A stretch of 64,000 nucleotides of DNA from Pseudomonadota bacterium (GTDB taxonomy: Bacteria > Pseudomonadota > Gammaproteobacteria > Burkholderiales > UBA9220). The notes beneath the pieces were generated by a model that was not told where the DNA came from, made no database searches, and was given only the letters and a program-made list of their open reading frames with translations. The translations under genes and the position numbers were made by a program. The number at the start of each line of letters is the position of its first letter. Position 1 is the stretch's first letter. This document shows, in pieces, positions 17,883 to 29,147 of this stretch. The stretch is taken from positions 8,218 to 72,217 of the forward strand of contig JAJZVC010000009.1 in the NCBI GenBank assembly GCA_021845865.1. The letters are read 5' to 3'.

Positions 17883-18698
17883 ATGGACCCTAAAGCCTAC
17901 GGGCATTTGACCGTTGCGGAATCGAAGCAGGACTGGCTCTCTCGCGCCCTCGAGGATATTGAGGTGCTGGGTTATACCGTCTTGCCTGGATTGCTGGACG
18001 AGGCGGAACTGGAAACGGCGCGGGAACGGGTGGATGCCCTGTATGTCCGCCAGGAAAAGGCCTACGGCGCCGAGCGCCTGGCGGCCATCGGTGATTCCTG
18101 GACCGCCCGGGCGCCCTTGCTGTACGACGATTACTTTCTGCGTTTTGCCACCCATCCCTCCGTGCTGCAACTGGTGACGGCACTCCTCGGCGAGTATTTC
18201 ATCCTCAATCTGCAGAATGCCATCCTCAATAATTCCCAAGGGCATCCCCAAACCGCCTGGCATCGGGACCTTCCCTACCAGGAATGGGTGCCGAGCCGAC
18301 CGGTGGCGATAAACGTTCTCTATGCCCTGGATGATTTCACTGCCGCCAGCGGCGGTACCTTGCTGCTGCCTTTTAGCCACCGGCTGGAAAACCTGCCGAG
18401 CTGGGATTTCTTCGAGCGCCACCAGCTGGTGGCGGAGGCCCCGGCGGGCTCTGCCCTGGTGTTCAACTCCTGGCTGGTGCACCGGGCCGGCGATAACGTT
18501 TCCGGCCGGCCGCGGCGGGCCATGAACCACCTTTACACCAGCCCCATCATCAAGCAGCAGTATGATTTCCCCAAGGCCTTGAAGGGCAAGTGGTCCGACG
18601 ATCCGCGGCTTGCTCGTCTCCTCGGCTACGATTCACGGGTGGCGGACGACGACGTGGCCTGGCGCGACCGCCGCAGCGCACGCCTCACGGGGGAATGA
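17883..18698 (+). CDS. PhyH-family Fe(II)/2-oxoglutarate dioxygenase
   Basis: ORF 17865-18698 trimmed to ATG 17883, preceded by AAGGAG (17869-17874). Facial-triad candidates are WHRDLP (HxD) and LVHRAGDN. Confidence 0.7.
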   Translation: MDPKAYGHLTVAESKQDWLSRALEDIEVLGYTVLPGLLDEAELETARERVDALYVRQEKAYGAERLAAIGDSWTARAPLLYDDYFLRFATHPSVLQLVTALLGEYFILNLQNAILNNSQGHPQTAWHRDLPYQEWVPSRPVAINVLYALDDFTAASGGTLLLPFSHRLENLPSWDFFERHQLVAEAPAGSALVFNSWLVHRAGDNVSGRPRRAMNHLYTSPIIKQQYDFPKALKGKWSDDPRLARLLGYDSRVADDDVAWRDRRSARLTGE

Positions 18699-18705
18699 AG
18701 CGGTT

Positions 18706-19605
18706 ATGGGTTGGAAGCGGTTGGGATGGGTATTTTGCGCTTCGGGGGAGCGGCCCTGGATGGTGTCCCATGGCGCCAATCCCCTGGCGGTTCCTGGCGT
18801 AGGAGATATCCGCCGCATCCTGTTCAACTGCCGGGACAGGGAGGGGCGTTCCCACGTCGCCTGGCTGGATATTTCCCTTTCCGATCCTACCTGTGTCCTG
18901 GCCTTGGCAGAGCGTTCTTTACTGTCCCCCGGGGGGCTTGGGGAATTCGATGATGCGGGGGTGTCGGTGGGCAGCCTGGTGTCACTCGACGGAGACTGGC
19001 ATCTGTACTATCTGGGTTGGAACCTAGGGGTGTCGGTGCCATTCCACAACAGCATCGGCCTAGCCCAAGGAAACCCGATATCGGGCTTTGCACGCCATGG
19101 CCGGGCTCCAGTGCTGGACCGCAGCGAACTGGACCCCTTGACCCTGTCCTATCCGTGGGTGGTGAGGAACGGTGATGAATGGCGCATGTGGTATGGTTCC
19201 ACTACCGCTTGGAGGGAGGGTGGAGCCATGACCCATGTCCTTCACCAGGCAAGTTCCGGTGACGGTATCCACTGGCAGCCCCATGAGGGCATTGTGCTGC
19301 CGCTAAATGAAGGGGAAGACGCCCACTCCCGTCCCTGTGTCATGCAGGAGGAAGAAGGCTGGCGTATGTGGTTCGCCTGCAAGACTGGGAAAGGTTATCG
19401 TATCGGATACGCCGAGTCTGAAGACGGTGTGGCTTGGCGACGTCTGGACGACGTGGGGGGGCTGTTGCCTTCAGGCGTAGGCTGGGATAGCGATGAGGTT
19501 TGTTATCCCAGCGTTTTCGAGCACGGTGGGCGGCGCTATTTGCTTTATTGCGGCAACGGTTACGGCCGGACAGGTTTTGGCCTGGCGGTGTGGGAGGCAG
19601 GATGA
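18706..19605 (+). CDS. Hypothetical protein, probable beta-propeller (GH43/32/130-like fold)
   Basis: ORF 18610-19605 trimmed to ATG 18706 (MGWKRLGW), 7 nt after the upstream stop. Recurrent blade-like motifs are DWHLYYLGW, EWRMWYGS, GWRMWFAC and RRYLLYCGN. The fold call is tentative. Confidence 0.5.
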   Translation: MGWKRLGWVFCASGERPWMVSHGANPLAVPGVGDIRRILFNCRDREGRSHVAWLDISLSDPTCVLALAERSLLSPGGLGEFDDAGVSVGSLVSLDGDWHLYYLGWNLGVSVPFHNSIGLAQGNPISGFARHGRAPVLDRSELDPLTLSYPWVVRNGDEWRMWYGSTTAWREGGAMTHVLHQASSGDGIHWQPHEGIVLPLNEGEDAHSRPCVMQEEEGWRMWFACKTGKGYRIGYAESEDGVAWRRLDDVGGLLPSGVGWDSDEVCYPSVFEHGGRRYLLYCGNGYGRTGFGLAVWEAG

Positions 19606-20744
19606 CGGACAAGAAAAATATCCCTTTCGGCAAGCCTTTCATCGCCGGCAAGGAGCTGTACTACATTGCCCAGGCCGTGATGGAAGGGCATTTGTCCGGT
19701 GACGGTCCCTTTTCCGCCCGCTGCGAAAACTGGCTGGAACGCCATATCGGCGCGCCCAAAGCCCTATTGACGCCTTCCGGGACGGATGCCCTGGAATTGG
19801 CGGCGCTGCTGCTGGATATCGGGCCGGGGGACGAAGTCATCATGCCGTCCTTTACCTTCGTTTCCACGGCAACGGCCTTTGTGCTGCGGGGAGCAGTGCC
19901 GGTGTTCGTGGACATCCGGGAGGATACCCTCAACCTGGACGAGCGTCTGGTGGAAGCCGCCGTCACGCCCCGTACCCGTGCCATCGTGGCGGTTCATTAC
20001 GGCGGCTGCGGCTGCGAAATGGACGCCCTGCGGGCGATCGCGGACCGGCATGGGCTGGCGCTGGTCGAGGATGCCGCCCATGCCCTCGGCGCCAGCTACC
20101 GGGACAAGCCCCTGGGCGGTTTCGGCGACCTGGCCTGTTTCAGTTTCCACGAAACCAAGAATGTGATTTCCGGCGAGGGGGGCGCCTTGGTGGTCAATCG
20201 TCCCGAGCTGGTGGAACGAGCCGCCGTCATCCGTCAGAAGGGCACCAACCGTCAGCAGTTCCTCGCTGGGCAGACCGACAAATACACCTGGGTGGATATC
20301 GGCTCATCGTTCGTTGCCAGCGAAATCGTTGCGGCTTTCCTTTGGGGACAGTTGGAGCGGGTGGAAGAAATTACCGCCAAACGGATGAATATTTGGCGGC
20401 AGTATCACTCGGCGTTGGCTCCCTTGGCAAAGCGAGGCGAGGTTTCCCTGCCGGAACCGCCGGCCCATTGCCATGTCAATGGGCATATTTTCTATCTGCT
20501 GGTACGGGACGAGAACGCGCGGAACTCCTTGTTGAGGCAGCTTAATGGGCAGGGAGTCAATGCGGTGTTCCATTACGTGCCCCTCCACTCCTCGCCGGCC
20601 GGCTTGCGTTATGGGCGGAGCCACGGAAATTTGGCGGTGACGGAATCCGTGGCCCAGCGGCTGTTGCGCTTGCCGTTATTTTTCGACATGGAAAGCGATG
20701 ACGTGGAGAGGGTAGTGGCGGCCGTCTCGGCGTGTCATGCCTAG
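19602..20744 (+). CDS. WecE/DegT-family PLP-dependent sugar aminotransferase
   Basis: ORF 19500-20744 trimmed to ATG 19602 (ATGA overlap). Contains MTDKKNIPFGKPFIAGKELYYIAQAV, GDEVIMPSFTFVSTA and SFHETKNVISGEGGA. Confidence 0.85.
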   Translation: MTDKKNIPFGKPFIAGKELYYIAQAVMEGHLSGDGPFSARCENWLERHIGAPKALLTPSGTDALELAALLLDIGPGDEVIMPSFTFVSTATAFVLRGAVPVFVDIREDTLNLDERLVEAAVTPRTRAIVAVHYGGCGCEMDALRAIADRHGLALVEDAAHALGASYRDKPLGGFGDLACFSFHETKNVISGEGGALVVNRPELVERAAVIRQKGTNRQQFLAGQTDKYTWVDIGSSFVASEIVAAFLWGQLERVEEITAKRMNIWRQYHSALAPLAKRGEVSLPEPPAHCHVNGHIFYLLVRDENARNSLLRQLNGQGVNAVFHYVPLHSSPAGLRYGRSHGNLAVTESVAQRLLRLPLFFDMESDDVERVVAAVSACHA

Positions 20745-20784
20745 ACTGGCCCAGTGGGGCGGTTTGCGGCCGTGATCAGGAGGC

Positions 20785-23037
20785 TTAAGCGGGTCTTCGT
20801 GCCCAGAATTGATACATTCCGGAAAATTGGGCCGGGTGCGCTTTTTCCCATTCATGCCAAGACCCCAGATCGCACATGCCCTGGTCTTCTGGGTAGCGGT
20901 CCCGGTATTTCAGCGGAATAGCCGGGCCGCTGAATTCAAAGCCAAGGAACTGGAGCCTCAAGGCCTCGATCATGGTGGCAATCTCATCCAGGCCGAATTC
21001 ACGCTCGTGCACATGAAACAATAGATCGCGGCAGGTGCTGAGGGTATAGAAGTCGTGCCTTACCGTGATGGCTGACCAGTCTGACGGGGCCTCCCGGGCG
21101 AGGGCCTGGGCCCGCACGGTACGGATTTCGTCCGCCGCGCCGACCAGTCCACGTTTGCGGATCGCTTCTTGCAAGGGTTTCAGGTCGGCGCGTCCCAGCC
21201 GGCTGTAGAGGCCGATTTTCATTACCCCTCCCGGCGCGAGGAGGTTCGCGAGGATGCGCCAGGCGCCGAGGGTGTCGTCCATGTGGTGCAGGACGCCGAC
21301 GGATTCAATGACGTGAAAATGCTCCGGCCAAGACGTCAAATTCAGGATGTCCGCTTGGGCAAAATGAATGTTCGTATGGCCGAGCTCCCTTGCCTTGCGG
21401 GCGGCATAGGCGAGGCTGGCGCGGCTGAGATCGATGGCCAGGATATCCGCCGAGGGGAAGCGGCGTGCCGTCAAGATGGCATTGAGACCGGTGCCGGTGC
21501 CGGCGATGAGGATTCTGGGCGACGCCGGCAGACCGAAAGGAGAATGGCCGGGAAAGAGGGTGGCCATGGCTTGGCTGGGTGAGCCGGCGGGGGCGAGGAG
21601 AGGAACGGAGTTCCAGCGAGGATAGGGGTTTTCCTCGTATTGCTGCCGCACCCGTGCGGATAGGCCCTGGGCGATGGGGGTCAGGCTTGGCAGGGTCGCG
21701 GCGATTTCCATTTCCTCTTGCGGTTCCGAGACCTGCTGGCGAAAAAGCCTATCCAGGCAGGGCGGCAGGGCCCCGCGCTCAGGGAGGGGGATAGGGAGGG
21801 AGGAGAGAGGCCGGTAGGCGGCGTAGACGGCCAGGGCTCCATGGACGTCGGGCCCGGCCAGGGAAAGCTGGGATAGACGTTCCCCCAAGAGGTCCAGTTG
21901 CTGTTTTTCCTCCGCGGTCAGCATGAAAACGTATTCGTTGTGGAAACACTGCTCGGCGAGGGCCGTGGCGAGTTCGAGCTGTTCCGATGGAAAGCGCGGG
22001 GTGTCGAGGACGTCAGCGAGCCACTGTTTGCGCAGGTCGGTAAGACGGATTTCCCACAGGGGGTGGTTGACGAGCCCATGCCGAAGCACCGCCAGCAACA
22101 GGGGGTGAGGCTGATTTGGCGCCGGTCCGTTCCCGTGTCCGGGGACGAGTCCCAGCAGATGCCATGCGGCGGAGGACAGGGCCGTCGTTTCCGACCAGCC
22201 CTCCTTCAGGGCGGTGGCCAGCAGGTTGGCATGAGACGGCGCGTATTGTGCCGGGCGGTATTGGCACAATACGTTCCCCGCGAGAACCTTCAGCCCGAGA
22301 TGTTCGGGGGACCGGCTTAGTCCGTCCATGGCGATGGCTAGAGCGGCGGCGTGGTCGCCCAGGCGGTGGTGTGCGTAGGCCTGGTTGTGCAAGATGTCGG
22401 GCCGCGCCGGGGCGAGCCGGGCGGATTGACGGTAGGCGGCGAGGGCTTCCTGATGATAGCCCAGTCCTCCCAGGGCGTTTCCCAGGGTGTTGGTCAAGTC
22501 GGCGTCTTCGGGGAAGCGCTGGGAGGCGCGCTGGAGCAGATCGACGGCTTCAGCGGCCCTGGCGTGGCCGAGGAGCAGGCTTCCCAGATTTATCCACGGC
22601 GCCGGCCACGCCGGGGCGAGTTTGATGGTCCGCTGGTAAGCCGCCATGGCTTCGTCGTCCTTCCCGGCGTCGTGCTGGGCACGGGCCAAATCGAACAGGA
22701 ATTCCGGCTCGCCGGGCTGAAGCTGCGCGGCGCGTTCAAGAAGAGGGAGGGCTTCGTCGTGGTCATGTCGAAGCGCAAGGGCCAGCCCCAGCATGTGCAG
22801 TACCGATGGGTCCATGGGGGCGTTTTCATGTGCCGTGCGGCAGAGGTTCTCGGCTTCGGCTAGCTGGCCTGTTTGCATTGCATGGCGGGCCTGTGCGAGG
22901 AGGGCGGTGATGTCCATGGCCATATCCTGAGGGCTGTTTTCCGGCTTGAGTGAGGAGAGCAATTGTGTGATGCTGTCAGAGCCAATGAAGGGCACGGCGT
23001 CCCGCATCCTGGGGATGGACGGGCGCGCCGGCCTCAA
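20785..23037 (-). CDS. TPR-repeat protein fused to a class I SAM-dependent methyltransferase
   Basis: 750-aa ORF (TTG 23037, with alternative ATGs at 23007 and 22923). TPRs (HMLGLALALRHDHDEALPLLERAAQLQPGEPEF...) are followed by QYEENPYPRW and the MT core ILIAGTGTGLNAI...VIESVGVLHHMDD. Confidence 0.75.
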   Translation of the reverse strand: MRPARPSIPRMRDAVPFIGSDSITQLLSSLKPENSPQDMAMDITALLAQARHAMQTGQLAEAENLCRTAHENAPMDPSVLHMLGLALALRHDHDEALPLLERAAQLQPGEPEFLFDLARAQHDAGKDDEAMAAYQRTIKLAPAWPAPWINLGSLLLGHARAAEAVDLLQRASQRFPEDADLTNTLGNALGGLGYHQEALAAYRQSARLAPARPDILHNQAYAHHRLGDHAAALAIAMDGLSRSPEHLGLKVLAGNVLCQYRPAQYAPSHANLLATALKEGWSETTALSSAAWHLLGLVPGHGNGPAPNQPHPLLLAVLRHGLVNHPLWEIRLTDLRKQWLADVLDTPRFPSEQLELATALAEQCFHNEYVFMLTAEEKQQLDLLGERLSQLSLAGPDVHGALAVYAAYRPLSSLPIPLPERGALPPCLDRLFRQQVSEPQEEMEIAATLPSLTPIAQGLSARVRQQYEENPYPRWNSVPLLAPAGSPSQAMATLFPGHSPFGLPASPRILIAGTGTGLNAILTARRFPSADILAIDLSRASLAYAARKARELGHTNIHFAQADILNLTSWPEHFHVIESVGVLHHMDDTLGAWRILANLLAPGGVMKIGLYSRLGRADLKPLQEAIRKRGLVGAADEIRTVRAQALAREAPSDWSAITVRHDFYTLSTCRDLLFHVHEREFGLDEIATMIEALRLQFLGFEFSGPAIPLKYRDRYPEDQGMCDLGSWHEWEKAHPAQFSGMYQFWARRPA

Positions 23038-23129
23038 GAGTGGCGAAATTTTGTCGAGAACATCTTTGTATGGCCCGCAAGACGGTTGACATAACGTTAT
23101 CCTACATCCTGTTGGAGAATAGAGAATAA

Positions 23130-25599
<2,470 letters not shown>

Positions 25600-25601
25600 A
25601 G

Positions 25602-26759
25602 ATGATTCCTTACGGTCGGCAAGACATCTCGGATCGTGATATTCAGGCCGTTGTCGATATCCTGAAATCAGACTGGCTTACCCAGGGGCCGGCGGTGGAG
25701 CGATTCGAAACAGCGGTTTCCCACTATTGCGGCGCCCCTTATGCCGTTGCTGTCAGCAGCGCCACGGCGGCGCTGCATCTGGCCTGTCTGGCAGCCGGTC
25801 TGGGACCGGGGGATATCCTGTGGACGTCTCCCAACAGCTTTGTCGCTTCCGCCAACTGCGCGCTCTATTGCGGCGCCAGTGTGGATTTCGTCGACATTGA
25901 GCCAGCCACCGGCAACCTGAGCGTGGCCAAGCTGGAAGAAAAACTGGTTGAAGCACAGCAACAAAACAGTCTGCCCAAGGTGGTGGTGCCAGTGCATTTT
26001 GCTGGCCAACCCTGTGACATAGCGCCCATTGCAGAACTGGCGCGGTGCTATGGCTTCGTGGTCATTGAAGACGCCTCCCACGCCATTGGCGCCAGTTACC
26101 AGGGTGGCAAGATTGGCAACTGTGCCCATGCCGATTTCACGGTGTTTAGTTTTCATCCCGTCAAGATCGTCACCACCGGGGAAGGCGGCATGGTGCTGAC
26201 CCGGTCGGCGGAACATTACCAGCGGCTGTTGCGCCTGCGCTCTCATGGCATCACCCGTGACCCCGTCGAAATGGTCGGCCCCAGCGAGGGGCCCTGGTAT
26301 TACCAGCAGGTCGAACTGGGGTTCAATTACCGCATCACCGACATCCAGTGCGCCCTCGGCGCAAGCCAGATGGCACGCTTGGATGACTTTGTCGCCCGAC
26401 GAGCGGCGCTGGCCGAACGCTATCGCCAGAAACTTTCCGGCTTACCGCTGCGTGTTCTGGAACGGCGAGCGGACAGGACGTCTGCTTGGCACCTGTTCGT
26501 GGTTTGCCTCAAGCTGGATGAACTGACTGTTACGCGCCGCGAAGTCTTCGAACGGCTGCGCAATGCCGGCATCGGCGTCAACGTCCATTACATCCCCATT
26601 CACACCCAGCCCTATTACCAGCGACTGGGCTTCCATCACGGCGACTTTCTGGCAGCGGAACAGTATTACCGCGAGGCGCTGACCCTGCCGCTGTATCCAG
26701 GACTGAGTGAGGTGGAGCAGGACAAGGTTGTCTCATTACTTGCGGAAGCGTTGCAATGA
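25602..26759 (+). CDS. pseC: UDP-4-amino-4,6-dideoxy-N-acetyl-beta-L-altrosamine transaminase, PseC
   Basis: 385-aa ORF with MIPYGRQDISDRDIQAVVDILKSDWLTQGPAVERFE and the PLP-Lys region SFHPVKIVTTGEGGM. Confidence 0.9.
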   Translation: MIPYGRQDISDRDIQAVVDILKSDWLTQGPAVERFETAVSHYCGAPYAVAVSSATAALHLACLAAGLGPGDILWTSPNSFVASANCALYCGASVDFVDIEPATGNLSVAKLEEKLVEAQQQNSLPKVVVPVHFAGQPCDIAPIAELARCYGFVVIEDASHAIGASYQGGKIGNCAHADFTVFSFHPVKIVTTGEGGMVLTRSAEHYQRLLRLRSHGITRDPVEMVGPSEGPWYYQQVELGFNYRITDIQCALGASQMARLDDFVARRAALAERYRQKLSGLPLRVLERRADRTSAWHLFVVCLKLDELTVTRREVFERLRNAGIGVNVHYIPIHTQPYYQRLGFHHGDFLAAEQYYREALTLPLYPGLSEVEQDKVVSLLAEALQ

Positions 26760-27457
26760 ATGTTGCCATCATTCCCGCCCGTGGCGGCAGCAAGCGCATT
26801 CCCCGCAAGAACATCAAATCCTTCCTGGGTAAGCCGATGATTGCCTATTCCATCGAGACAGCGCTGGCGAGCGGCCTGTTCGACAGGGTGCTGGTGTCAA
26901 CCGACGACGAGGAAATTGCTTCAGTGGCCCAGGCACACGGCGCGGAAACCCCTTTTTTGCGTCCCAAAGAACTGGCCGACGAACACACCGGCACCAATGC
27001 CGTGGCAGGCCATGCCCTAGCCTGGTTACGCGAGAGCGGAAAAGAATATGCCCATGCCTGCTGTATCTACGCCACGGCGCCGTTCATGACCGTGGCGGAT
27101 TTGCAGGAAGCACACCGCCTGTTGCAGGAAAGCGGCAAGTCCTTTGTCTTTCCGGTCACCACGTTTCCTTTTCCCGTTCAGCGGGCCGTGCGGCTCACCG
27201 CGCAGGGGGAGGTGGAGGCGATATACCCGGAATATGCGTCCACCCGTTCCCAGGACCTGGAGGAAGCCTACCATGACGTGGGGCAATTCTACTGGGGACG
27301 GACCGAGGCGTTCCTTTGCGGCAAGGCTCTGCTCACTCACGATTCCCTGGGGTTGGTGATTCCCCGCCATCGTGCCCAGGATATCGATACCGCTGAAGAT
27401 TGGGAGCGGGCGGAACTGATGTATGAAGTGCTGCAGGCTAGGGAAAATCGCCCATGA
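26756..27457 (+). CDS. pseF: Pseudaminic acid cytidylyltransferase, PseF
   Basis: 233-aa ORF with the AIIPARGGSKRIPRKNIK motif and 4-nt overlaps on both sides. Confidence 0.85.
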   Translation: MNVAIIPARGGSKRIPRKNIKSFLGKPMIAYSIETALASGLFDRVLVSTDDEEIASVAQAHGAETPFLRPKELADEHTGTNAVAGHALAWLRESGKEYAHACCIYATAPFMTVADLQEAHRLLQESGKSFVFPVTTFPFPVQRAVRLTAQGEVEAIYPEYASTRSQDLEEAYHDVGQFYWGRTEAFLCGKALLTHDSLGLVIPRHRAQDIDTAEDWERAELMYEVLQARENRP

Positions 27458-28500
27458 AGGTGGTGGTGCGTGCGGATGCTTCTGTCGAGCTGGGGGGCGG
27501 GCACGTCATGCGCTGTCTGGCCCTTGCGGAGCGCCTCCGTGAAGGCGGTGGCGAGGTAGGGTTCCTCTGCCGCGATTTGCCCGGCAACTTGAACAGCGTG
27601 GTCGCCGGGCAGGGTTTTACCGTTTTTCCCCTTCCACCAGGGGAACGCGATGCGGAATTCAGCTGGGAAGCGGACGTTCGGCATAGCCTCGCTGCACTCG
27701 AATCCTGGGGCGAGTTGGATTGGCTCATCGTGGACCACTACAGTCTGGATATCCGCTGGGAGACGGCCATGCGTAGTCGTGTGAGAGGTATCCTGGCGAT
27801 CGACGATCTGGCCGACCGTCCCCATGGCTGTGATTTGCTCCTGGACCAGAATTATCATGTCGCCGCGGAACAGCGCTATCGTGGTCTGGTGCCGCAGTCC
27901 TGTCGCGTCATGTTGGGGCCGGACTATGCCTTGCTGCGGCCGGAGTTCGAGAGCATGCGCAAGAAAATGCGCAGCAGAAGTGGTACGGTTGCTCGCCTGC
28001 TGATTTTTTTTGGCACCACGGACCCTGGCGATGAAACCAGCAAGGCCCTGGCGGCCTTGGCGCTTTTGCCCCTGGAAAAACTCCGGGTGGACGTGGTGGT
28101 GGGAATGACCAACCCTCATGGGGAGCAGGTTCGCAAGCAGTGTGCCGCCATGTCCAACGTGTACTTCCATCGCCAGCCTGAAAATCTTGTGGCATTGATG
28201 GCGGGGGCTGATCTGGCCTTGGGGGCCGGCGGGAGCATTCATTGGGAGCGCTGCGTCCTCGGCTTGCCGGCACTGGTTGTTGCGGTGGCCGCTAATCAGA
28301 TCGCCATCTCGGAAGCCTTGGCGCGGAAAGGGGCTATCGTTTATCTCGGCACGGCAGAGCAAGTCACGGTGGCGCTGATAGCGGAAAGGCTTTTGCAGGC
28401 CATGGCAGAACCAGAAGCCCTGAGAAGCATGTCGGCCATGGCATCCACCTTGACGGATGGTGGTGGTGCACGGCGTGTAGCAGGTATGATGCGTCTATGA
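27454..28500 (+). CDS. pseG: UDP-2,4-diacetamido-2,4,6-trideoxy-beta-L-altropyranose hydrolase, PseG
   Basis: 348-aa ORF with the N-terminus MKVVVRADASVELGGGHVMRCLALAERL. There is no fused GNAT domain. Confidence 0.85.
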   Translation: MKVVVRADASVELGGGHVMRCLALAERLREGGGEVGFLCRDLPGNLNSVVAGQGFTVFPLPPGERDAEFSWEADVRHSLAALESWGELDWLIVDHYSLDIRWETAMRSRVRGILAIDDLADRPHGCDLLLDQNYHVAAEQRYRGLVPQSCRVMLGPDYALLRPEFESMRKKMRSRSGTVARLLIFFGTTDPGDETSKALAALALLPLEKLRVDVVVGMTNPHGEQVRKQCAAMSNVYFHRQPENLVALMAGADLALGAGGSIHWERCVLGLPALVVAVAANQIAISEALARKGAIVYLGTAEQVTVALIAERLLQAMAEPEALRSMSAMASTLTDGGGARRVAGMMRL

Positions 28501-29147
28501 GAATTTCCATCCTTTGTTCCGATGACAAGCACCCCGTGTATCCTTGGTTGGAGGGCTGGCTGAAGCGTCAGGCTGCGCATCAAGTCGAACTGGTGCAGCA
28601 GAAAGATCGGCTGAGTGGTGGTGAGATTCTTATTCTTGTCTCTTGCCATGACTTCATTGATCGCGAAACCCGAGCAAAATATGGTGTGACACTCGTTATT
28701 CATGCCAGTGACCTTCCCCGGGGCCGTGGTTGGTCTCCTCACATATGGCAGGTTCTCGAGGGAAAAAACAAGATAGTCGTGACCCTTTTGGAGGCCGATG
28801 ACAATATCGATAGCGGTGCTATCTGGACTCAGAAGCTGATTAGTCTCGAAGGGCACGAACTGGTGGATGAAATCAATGCCGCCTTGTTTGATGCCGAAGT
28901 GGCCCTGATGGATTTTGCCGTGGAAAATTACGGCAAGATCACGCCTCGTTCTCAAGACGGGAGAGAGGCCACTTATTACCCACGGCGTATCCCGCAGGAC
29001 AGCCGTATCGACCCCTACCGCGATTTGGCTAGCCAGTTTGACCTTTTGAGAGTGGCTGACCCGTGCCGCTACCCGGCTTTCTTTGACCTGCGTGGCAAAC
29101 GGTATGCAATCAGAATTGAAAAAATCGGAGATGCGGAAAGCTCATGA
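28497..29147 (+). CDS. Formyltransferase-fold protein occupying the pseH position
   Basis: 216-aa ORF with VIHASDLPRGRGWSP (compare HxSLLPxxRG) and EADDNIDSGAI. ATGA-type 4-nt overlaps link it to pseG and pseI. The gene is AT-richer than its neighbours. Confidence 0.7.
   Translation: MRISILCSDDKHPVYPWLEGWLKRQAAHQVELVQQKDRLSGGEILILVSCHDFIDRETRAKYGVTLVIHASDLPRGRGWSPHIWQVLEGKNKIVVTLLEADDNIDSGAIWTQKLISLEGHELVDEINAALFDAEVALMDFAVENYGKITPRSQDGREATYYPRRIPQDSRIDPYRDLASQFDLLRVADPCRYPAFFDLRGKRYAIRIEKIGDAESS

Noticed and set aside
23086-23100. TTGACA followed by the 10-bp palindrome ATAACGTTAT in the 92-bp divergent region upstream of the pse operon
   Set aside because: No acceptable -10 hexamer lies at 16-19 nt spacing on the plus strand. 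A 10-bp palindrome alone is weak evidence, so it is not called as a promoter or operator.
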